DNA from: Octopus sinensis
Taxonomy: Eukaryota
Direction: 5' to 3'
Assembly: GCF_006345805.1 (NCBI RefSeq)
Contig: NC_043002.1
Location: 96,472,001-96,536,000, forward strand
DNA length: 64,000 nucleotides
Under the pieces are notes generated by a model. It did not search any database, had not been told where the DNA came from, and saw nothing but the letters and a program-made list of their open reading frames with translations. The translations under genes were made by a program, and so were the position numbers. Shown here one piece after another: positions 53,896 to 64,000 of the stretch. How positions within the stretch are numbered: position 1 is the stretch's first letter; each line of letters starts with the position of its first letter.

Positions 53896-56800
53896 TATGT
53901 TGAGAGTGCAGACATCCAATTTAATAATGAACAGATTAGTGATTCATATGCTACCAACATCACTGGATGTGTCCATCACCAAAACACTTAGCAATCAGCC
54001 AAATCTGCCTTGCTATAAACAGTGGCAGAGCTGTGAAATTAATAAGTGATTTCTTGGCTTGGCTTACATTGCTCAGTTCATTACTTTCCACAGGAAAAAA
54101 AAGTTACATGCAATAGATTAGCATCTGATCTACAGAGACTCAACAAACTTCTGGCTTAACACCAACCCAGGGATAATTATTGCTGCATGGATCTTTGTGG
54201 AACAAGATTAACTTAGATATGTCAATGAATTCATATAAAATGATAAAAAAAAAGTAAAGGAAAGAAAAAGAATAAATCAAATGTGACTTCTTAAGGCTAT
54301 GTGAAAATGAGATTCTTAGTTCCCAAAGTTACATAACAATATTGCTTAATAATATTAGTTTCAACACACACACTCTTTATGGTGGTCAGATTTAGCTGGT
54401 TTGAGTAAGGATAAAAATAGTTATAACTCGTTTATCAGCAACTAAATATTCACTAGATACAACTGAAATGGAACAGACAAAAAATTTTTTACAAATGACA
54501 TGATAGTTATGACACAAGGTAGTGATTGTGAGTAGACCATTGATAACATTAGATTAAATATTTTTTAATAAGATAAAGTTTTTGATAAAACATATTGTTA
54601 ATGAACATGCTATACTTATGTTGACCTCGATTAAGCATTCAGCATTGATAATTGCGTCTTTTTTTTTGTTTGTTACTATTTTGTTCTATTCAAATATCCT
54701 GACAAAGTGAAATCAAGGTTATGGATCTTTATCTGAATGGAATTCTAATTTTATGATAAGAATTTCTTTCAACTCAAACAAATTTGTAGGAGTGAAGCTA
54801 TGACCAAATAACAATGCTCTAGCTTATTACTTATTAATTTCAACAGAATAAAAGATTAGTCAGCAACAGAGAGATTTAAAGGCTACAGTCTATGACTATA
54901 ACTCTAGACAGTCATCTGACATTCTGTCATCTTAATGAAGTGCACATTAGACAATGCAGTCACATATGTACAAAAAGACAAATGTTCGCTACAGGTACAT
55001 CATTGAACCATGGGCCTGCTTATCCCAGGATTGCCTGGGATTAACCAATGACAACAACAACCATAGATAAGCAAAAGTGGGTTGCTACAAATCATACTAC
55101 CACCTCCAATATTAAATTAAACAAATGTTTTGAAAGAAACTCAACATCCTTTTTATCAGCTTTCCAATGTAATAATATTGAGTTTTCGACTGACAAGGCA
55201 CAAAACCACTTTCTACAGAAATCGGTATACAAGCAATGAAGATAACACCAGTATATTACCGGTATCATTTTAATGATTCTGAACAACTGAAGGACCAAGT
55301 AAGCTTCAGTAGAATTTCAATTCAAAAAAGAGGGACAAAAGTAAACACTAAGTAATTATTTAAATCAGGCAAATTAAATTACTGTAGTTACTATCTTTTT
55401 TTTCTCTTTTTTTCAAAGCTCAACAGTAAAGGGCACTGTTCTGTTAATGTGAGCATAATTTATTGTTCCAGAAACTAGGTAGGTTGTTTTCAAAACAGTG
55501 ACATAATTAACAGTTAGACCAATGTCTGTGAGAGTATGTACGTGTGTTTTTCTCAGTTTTGCTTTATAATTAAGAAGAATAGCAAACCAGTTTACTGTAG
55601 CTAAAGTTTGATAGACTGGCAACCTGGTGAGAAAACTGACACTTATATATTTAGGTGGATGTTTCCATTTATATGTATTATCCATATTATTAATGCAATA
55701 GTATAGTCCTATGGTCTACCTTTTATGTCTTACAAAGTGGGGTTGGTAACTCAAATGAGAGCAAGAAAAAAAACAAAGAAAAAAGGAAATAAGAGACGAT
55801 AATGGTAGATGGTGGTGGAAGTGATGTGTCACAGCTTCCTCCTCTCTAGCTATCTATCTAGCTAGCTAGCCTCTTGCCTTCATCTTCACCACCACAATAA
55901 CGAAAACTGAAGTTCAGTGTTCACCAGAGTACATTTTGAGAGACCCAGACTGTCAAAACACATTGCACATTTTTAAAGTAGAAGAACATGTTGGATAACA
56001 CAGTCTTAGATAAACCATGCCTGAAAAAAACTAAAATGGTCATGGCTGGAACATCTTTGACCATATCTCTTTGATCAAAGCTAATCTGAACTAAACAACA
56101 TGTATCACTAAAAGAAAGGCTGTGTCCTGAATTTTTTTTAGTTTGGTTGTTTGTGTTTTTTTTCTTTGAGGATAACCATATTTTCTTATTACTACCATAA
56201 CTCCCACTAGAACAGATAATGTTCCAGAATCTACAGTAACTTTAACATTTCTAGAACTATCCCAGCCAGTCTTATCTTTTGGATGAAAATATTTGTACTA
56301 GCTGTTTGACATTGTTGTTATTAGTTTCAGAGGGTAGCATTGCAATATTGTTTACACCTGTTTCACTAGTAACCTCTAAACTATAAATAGTTCTCACTGT
56401 TGGCATCTGGTTTCTGTTTACAATCAGAACACGACCAGATCCTAATTATGAAGAAACCTGGCTTAATCTTTTACTTTTGTATTTATACTACACAGATGTT
56501 TTTAGATGTTGGTTGTCCAATTCACACACACAGGCGCACGCAGGGGTGGTTAATAAGCTTGCTTCAACCATTTTGCCATGGGTTCAGTCCCATTATGTGA
56601 AACCTTGTGTAAGTATCTTCCACTACAGCCTCAGGCCAATCAAAGTTTGTGAGTGGATTTGGTAGACAGAAACTGAAAGAAGTTTATTGAGTGTATGTTA
56701 CATCCCTCTACATTTCAAGTTCAAATCTTGTCCAGGTTGTCTTTGCCTTCTAGTCATCAGAGGTTGACTTAGTAAGAACCAATCAATAAATTCAACTACA

Positions 56801-57010
56801 CCTTTGAAAGCAGTGTCCCAAAATGGTCACTGTCTAACAATGGAATCAGTAAAAGACTACAATACAACATTATATCCTAAGGGAATGGTTGTCTCACATT
56901 CATGTAATACTTGAAGATCTATAGAATAACAACCGTCTTTAGTTCCCATCACTAAGCCATGGAATGATCAGAATTTGGATTTAGAAAAGCAATTTAATGC
57001 ATTTGTATAT

Positions 57011-57270
57011 AAACAATTGCAGCGTGAAAGGTTTTTATAAGCCATTTAAGAAACACACAAAAACCGCTAGATTCACTTATACATTTAAATTTAATTTGCC
57101 AAAATATTTTTGTTGCTTTGAGACCACGAGACCTGTTCACTGACAAGATTCCATGCTGCAGTGAACAGGTCGCGGTCTCAAAGCAACGAAAATATTTTGG
57201 CAAATTAAATTTAACAGTCTTTGTGTGTTTCTTAAATGGCTTATAAACACCTTACATGCTGCAATTGTTT
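57011..57270. repeat. 260-bp imperfect inverted repeat (foldback)
   Basis: Arms 57011-57142 and 57159-57270 with a 16-nt loop; the inner ~56 bp have two substitutions and one 2-nt bulge. Confidence 0.9.
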
Positions 57271-57761
57271 TTGTTCCTGCACACGATCTCAGATCAGGTC
57301 ACTTGCTATGCAAGTACATCTCCAGAATTTATACGTTATCACAAAACTGAGCAAAAATCAAATAACAATTATAAAGGATAAATATAGCCAGCCACCACTT
57401 GTAAGTGGGTATGACTTGGTAATATGTAACATGCTCTTGCTAATTGCTTATAGATGCTTATGTAATCATGAGTAGATAGATACCCTCTTAGTCCCTCACT
57501 CTTGACCAAACAGAACATCCAAGATGTGGCTGCTGACATGTATTCATTACAGATGAATAAACTGAAGCTATGTGAAATGGAGTGCTTTGCTCAGAAACAC
57601 AATATAATGTCTGGTCCAAGAACTGAACCTACAACTTTATGATCATGAGCTGAAAGACCCTAACAAAAAGATCATTTGCCATTGCATTAGGAAAGAATAT
57701 CACCAAAGAAAATTGCGATGCATTTTAATGTATCATTTGTAATTATATATATATATATAGG

Positions 57762-57955
57762 GAGAATTCACAAAAAAACAAAAGACGAAGACAGGTGGTG
57801 TAGACAACAAACAGATGTATTAGTATAGTGCTTGGGAAGTGAAAAAGTCTTTAATGTTTCGAGCCTACACTCTTCCACAGAAAAGAACACAGAAGGAAAC
57901 AAGGAGAGAAAATAAAGAATGTGTAGTGGCTAGCGAGATATGGAAATAGTAGTTG
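57762..57955 (-). mobile_element. Short hammerhead-like repeat family copy (motif at 57849-57884)
   Basis: TTTT CTGTGGA A GAGT GTAG GCTC GAAAC ATT AAAG. Homologous to copies at ~46410-46545 and ~7380-7545. Abuts (TA)n. Confidence 0.6.
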
Positions 57956-57956
57956 T

Positions 57957-58325
57957 GATCCCTGTGCCGGTGGCATGTAAAAAGCACCATCCAAACATGG
58001 CTGATGCCAGTGCCACCTTGACTGGCTTCCGTGCCGGTGGCATGTAAAACGCACCATCCGAACGTAGCTGATGCCAGCGCCGCCTTGACTGGCTTCCGTG
58101 CCGGTAGCACGTAAAAAGCACCAATCCGATCGTGGCCGTTGCCAGCCTCGCGTGGCACATCCACTATACTCACGGAGTGGTTGCCGTTAGGAAAGGCATC
58201 CAGCTGTAGAAACACTGCCAGATCAGACTGGAGCCTGGTGCAGCCTTCTGGCTTCCCAGATCCTGGTCGAACCGTCCAACCCATGCTAGCATGGAAAATG
58301 GATGTTAAATGATGATGATGATAAT
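57957..58325 (+). mobile_element. RTE 3' UTR fragment with three 67-bp repeats and (GAT)n tail
   Basis: GTGCCGG at 57964, 58031, 58098, followed by the same UTR as 34680-34853. Confidence 0.8.
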
Positions 58326-61300
58326 TCAATGAGACTTATAATAATATCGATGTTAAAATTGTTTTAAAAATGCAGACCTATTGATTTTTATACCTAAAAT
58401 ATCTCTAGCACTTTATATTCAAGTAAAATGACATTTCCCTATGACCATAACTAGATATTTGACAAAGTAGTTTTTGTATGACAGAGATTAATGACTATTA
58501 TATCTGTTGTCTTTTCAAAGTTATGCTCTCTACAAAGCTAGACAAGATTGCCAGCTAAGCCGTTTCTTGTTTACATGGAAGAAGGAACAGATTTATAAAA
58601 TATATACATATATATATACAAGAATTTGGAAACAACAGATTTCAAAACTATATCTTTTTAAAAATAGCAGCAGAACTAAAATAATTATTACTTTTCCTAA
58701 AAGAAACTGACAGGATAAGAGTGAGGTTGGGGTTTTACCATTTTCTTTGAAATCTGCTTTATATAAAATTTTCCAGGGATTTCTTTCCTTTATCTTGTTT
58801 AGTTTGATTTCTTTCCTATTAAAGACAACTTTCAAAAAAATTTGTAAAACCAAAAAATGTGCTTTGCTAAGTAGTGCACAATATTGTTACAGAAAATGTT
58901 TGATCTCATTTTTATGTCCAGTGTTTCAATTCAGTCACCTTATCTTTTGAAAGAAAAATGAAAAATGATAAAATGAATACTTGGATGTGGTGTTAGACTA
59001 AATGTTGTTAGAGCCACTAGCAATTAAGGTTGACCTTGTATCTGCACATTTGCACAGGCCTGGGTAATTTTTTTTAAGGAGACTAGCACTTGTCCAAGCA
59101 TGCAAGTCTCCCCTCTCTAATCAGTGATATTTATCCAGGAGAAAAGCCACTGACTTGGAGCACTACAGCTTAGCTCCAGTGTCATCACAAGTATCACTGT
59201 CAGAACACAAAAGATCCAGAACAGATACCACAAATCATCTTGCCTGACCCTTTAAAAGTTCCACAAATTGACCTCAAAAGGACAAAAGACAAAGATCACT
59301 CCAGTGAGATTTGACCTCAGACTATAGGGAAATGAAATGAATACTACACTCTAATGTCTGTCAATATGTTGTCTAACTGGAGGTGGTGAACTGACATTGT
59401 CAAAGAGATAAAAAAAAAAACTTTGAAATTGACACTGAACTATTAACTTAGACAAAATACTCCCTGCACTCTCTTCTAATTCTCCAGCTTCCATCGAAGA
59501 AGAGAGAGCTTCTACAGTAGGGTTACAGGCACTCTAATACTGGTGAGATAAATAGGGTTGCTGTACAGGGAAAACATGTGCAAGCAAGGAATTAAAAAAA
59601 GTTGATGTTCTGGCAATGAAGAACTGAATACATAGACACTCACTAAATGTATCTATGGGGGTGAACACAATATGGGGGAGAAGAGGTGTGTGAATTGGGA
59701 GTGCTTGAGTTTCAAGAAGAGATTACTATAGGAGCAGAAAAGTCAGAGAGAGGAAAAATATCTGAGGACCAGAGAATAGAGGATGTTGGTTAGTGACCTT
59801 CATGTCGGATTATTAAAAATGCATTAGTAAATCACAGATCCATTAATAGCAAAATGGTAGTACGATTATGACAATATGATATAGGAATACAAAATAATTA
59901 TCTTAGCCATTGCAAAGTAATTGGAAAATTCCTAAGTAATGAATATTTGATTGTTAACAGAAGATAAAGAAAATAAGAAAATTGGACATTTTTTTTTAAA
60001 AAAAGATTAGCCATTGAGATCTGGTTAAATAATGGAAGAGAACAGTAAATAAAAATAAGTGAATAAAATAGCAACATCAGATAATTGGAAAAGTTATAGA
60101 TCTCCTGTTCTGTAAACTATGATTTTTTCCCAATCTTGTATTGATCTATAAAGTTTCCAAGACTATACATATGTCAGAAGAGGTCTACACTGACAAAATA
60201 TACATTTTACTGTCTAATTTTTTAAAAAATCCTACATTGAACCAACAAGCAAGAAATAGCCGTCAGATCACCTGCAAACCAAACACTATTGTCTGACATA
60301 AAGAAAGAACACTTTAGATAATGTAGTCCAACATAAAAGGCTGATACTACACACCTGAGTAAGCTAGATTACCTGAGGTGCTACACAAATTCTGAACAAC
60401 ATAATTTCCTATGAAATTATGAAATCTAAATAATAAACAGAAAACAAGATGATATTCTTGGAACAATGGGTAGAGGACAGAGTTAGGGGTGGTGGCAAGG
60501 AAGATAAGCAGGTTCATTGTTATGACTTGTCACAGGATTTGGTAACATTTAAATTTTGCCAGATAACAGGTTTACTTAGTGATATGCAGAATGATAATAC
60601 TATTGATTTCCTGTACACAAGTTAATTATAATTCAACTGAATTTTCCAGATGCTGTGAAGAGAGTGATGGCTGAAAGAATTCATTATAATTTTTTTTTAA
60701 ATGATAAAGAGGGTGCACAATGTAGAGGAGAGGAAAGGGGTGTACATTGTAGAGCTGGGAAAATGCAGCGTACACCATAGATCTGAGAGGAAGAACTGGA
60801 AATTGAAGGAATGGCACCAACTTATCAAACATACCTTAAAAGATAGGATGCTCGTGGCGGAAATGTCTTCAATCAATAGATCTACTAAAGCAGGGTTGAC
60901 TCAGGAAAAACACAACACTCCTAAAATATTTCTTTAATGTCCAAATATTGTAGGAAATAGACTTCAATTGTTACGTTATTGTCCAGTAATTTTTATTCTA
61001 GAAAAAAATCTCTATTCTATATAAATAAAAGAACAAAACTGGACCCAGTTTTTAAGAGGAGCATACATTTAAAAACATTTCTGTGAACCTGAATTAAGGT
61101 TCAACACATCCTACAGAATCATACATGTGAAAAAAATTTGTAGAAAAAAAAAAAAAAAGATATTAGATTCTAAATTGGAAATCTTGGGCTCAGATGGTTG
61201 TGTAGTTAAAAAATCCTTTTCACAACCATGTGATTCTAGGTTCTATTCTATTGCCTGGTTCTTTGTGAAAGCGTTGTCTACAGTAGCCTCATGCTGAACA

Positions 61301-62478
61301 GTGCCTTGTAAGCAGAAATTGGTAGACTGGAGCATGTGTGTATTGATAGGGAGATAAATATAGAATACATATAGATAGATAGATGGATACATATAGATAG
61401 ACATAAAAAAAAGATTTACATTTAAAGTCCCCTTTTCTACGCTGGTATAAATTAGACAGTTCAAGATGAACTGATGAACTAGAAAGTTGCTCCAATGTCT
61501 GTTTTGGCATGGTTTCTACAGCAAGATGCCCTTCTTAATGCTAGCCACTTCAGAAAGTGTACTGGGTGCTTTTTTCATAGTACCAGCATTGGTGAGGTCA
61601 CTAAATACCTGCAAGACAAGATCTCTCAAGTGTGTAGGGATGTATTGAGGGATAGATAGATAAGAGGAAAGATACAAAGATTATGTGTATATTTTTCATC
61701 AGTGTATACTGGCAAAGGATGTAAACATTGTTGAGAAATTTGAAAAAGCAACCAGTGCTCTTCAAATGAAATCTCTTGCAATATTTGTTCTGCACCAAGT
61801 TACAAGCATTCCCTTGTCAATTGCACCATTAGAAATGCAGTGAACCAGGGATTAGCCCACTGGAAACATGACCAATAAATGCTATAGTTCACAATTTGCA
61901 AAAAAAAAAAAAAAAAATGAGGAATTAATAATTACAAGCCAAAAATACTCTCATAAGCACTGAATTTGTATTAATACAAACAAATGGCAATTATTATTTT
62001 TGTCTTTTTTCACTGGCTAATGAACAATAAAAACAATCTAAATAAAAAAATAAAAACAAACTAAAAAGCTGACTCACATATTTATGGCCTTTTGTGTACA
62101 AACTGTAACTACTATGCTTATACAATTAAAACATCTATCCTATGCTAGCATTACAAAACATGAGGCCGACACCAAACACAGCTAGGCATAGCCATGTAAT
62201 CTATGCCTAAACATATTTCACTTTCATTTCATTTCCTAAACTACTAGTACTTAGAAGTCTGTTTAAAAGTCACATTTTATCATATTCATTTGTTTGTTTG
62301 CTTTTTTTATTAGCTAATTGAACAAGTTAGTCTTAAGCATGTGTAATATACATAATCAGCAATTTAAAAGTAGAAAATATCAGTAAGTTTTTAAAAGTTA
62401 AAAGATGGTTTATACATACACTCACACATACACAAATGCAAAAGGTCGAATGAATATATATATATATATATATATAAC

Positions 62479-62509
<31 letters not shown>

Positions 62510-62939
62510 ACTCCAAAAGCTGCACCTTCCTTAAAAGAGCAAAGAATTCACTTGTAATACATGATGTTTTTTTGTTTTTGTTTCAAAACTTTGACACACT
62601 TAGATCATATATCAATAGTTATATACTAAAAAAAAGTTGTGATCTTGATATTAAAATGACATATATTTCTTTTCAAAGCAAGAAATATCAAGTTATTTTC
62701 ATGTTAGAGTAAATTAAAAAAAAAAATTTAAACATAGAAACCTAATATTCACTCTTTTGCAATAATGAAATCTGAGGTTCCAAGCTTTCTTCTTTTTCAA
62801 GCAGCTGCAATCAAGATGCACTTTGCCATGACACATCAGGGATCTTGGATTCCACATTAACTTTAAAAGGTTTTCAATTTTATGTTTCTCTGCCAATAAC
62901 ATCAATGTAGTTGAGTGTTTTTTTTTTTGTTCTCTTTAA

Positions 62940-63760
62940 GGATGCAGAAGTTTCCAAACTACAGCATCTTACACAGTGTAGTGTCCAGCACAATAGCAGT
63001 GGCCAGGAAGCCTATGCTGCATTGAGAAATAATAGTAGAGAAGATGGACTGTATTCATAAATCTCTTGGGTCTTGTGCTCACACTATGAAATGCTCTGAG
63101 CCCTCATATGATCTATGTATCATGAAGATAACCTTAACTCTTTTGCTACCAACTCAGCTGAAACCAGCTCTGGCTCTGTAGTACAAATGCCTTGTTTTTG
63201 TAAGTTTTGAATTAAAATCTTCCACCAAACCTTAGTCACAATTTATGTTCCTAACACTAGCTTAATGGTAACTAAGTTATTTTACTCAATTCTTTGTTAT
63301 AGTTAAAATAATTGAAAGAAACACAGTGCATCTCAAAATAAATACAGTAATGAAAGGGTTAAAGCTACTTCTTCATGGTTCAAGTTTTGGTTCCATGGAA
63401 AAGAATGCTCTCAACACATGTCCTGAAGGAAGCCAACCTTCTTCACTTTGAAATATTTTGTTACCAAATGTTTTGAAACATGTTACAGGCACTCCAGGGT
63501 TTTAACGTTGCATTTCAGAAAGTCTTCCTTACTGTCAGCAACATAGGATCCAAAGTACTTGAAGTCAGTGACCTCTTTGGGTTGTGTGTAATCATTAGAA
63601 CTGGTTGACCTATAAGACTGACTTTAGCAGCAGCATTTTCAAGAGTAGCTAACAAGTCTTGTGTATCATACAGTTCATAAGCTATGAGGGCAAGACCATC
63701 AGTAGTTAGAGATACAGGCTCCACTGACATCTTGATCACTACCAGTTGATGAACTAAATA
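62940..63760 (-). mobile_element. Degenerate LINE RT/C-terminal remnant, same type as 22641-23015
   Basis: LALIAYELYDTQDLLATLENAAAKVSL (post-YADD RT region), DFKYFGSYVADSKEDF, MRAQSIS...QEIY. Confidence 0.7.
63138..63358. mobile_element. piggyBac-type MITE nested in a LINE remnant
   Basis: TTAA at 63134-63137 and 63359-63362; TIRs CTCTTTTGCTAC / GTAATGAAAGGG. Confidence 0.65.
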
Positions 63761-64000
63761 TAATCAGATGTGGGTTCAGGTTCCATGGACAGCCTTCAAC
63801 TTTTTCTATCCAAAAGGCTATTCCAACCCAATATTGACATGCTATTATTTATAGGTTCTGAAATATGATTTGATAATCAATGCTCCAAAAGAGAATGATA
63901 TATATATATATATATATTTCTTTACTACCCACAAGGGGCTAAACACAGAGAGGACAAACAAACGGATTAAGTCGATTATATCGGCCACAGAGCGTAACTG

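Noticed and set aside
55020-55047. Small hairpin ATCCCAGG-ATTG-CCTGGGAT-TAACC resembling the foldback tail at 7621-7645
   Set aside because: Only about 18/25 identity with no flanking homology; cannot be distinguished from chance.

Overview
Eukaryotic, AT-rich, repeat-dense genomic DNA. The SINE and microsatellite landscape looks like a coleoid cephalopod (Octopus-like); this is recalled, not database-checked. The window lies inside one minus-strand gene, AMFR/gp78 (ER-membrane RING-H2 E3 ubiquitin ligase). Eight internal coding exons (1015 nt, all introns GT-AG, phases consistent) run from 45900 down to 4504. The first exon and the CUE/G2BR/VIM exons were not found and probably lie outside the window. 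Introns contain tRNA-derived SINEs, truncated RTE-type LINEs, a Tigger/pogo deletion derivative, hAT and piggyBac-type MITEs, Helitrons and microsatellites. The main signal is a set of hammerhead-ribozyme motifs of Penelope-like type. They include a 1.7-kb near-perfect foldback whose antisense copy has an intact core, while the copy in the AMFR sense orientation lacks one A of GAAA. There is also one canonical minimal hammerhead and three CUGU-variant copies, all in AMFR sense orientation. Other notable structures are an RTE insertion with twin-priming geometry and several long intronic hairpins. Most ORFs in the supplied track are spurious.
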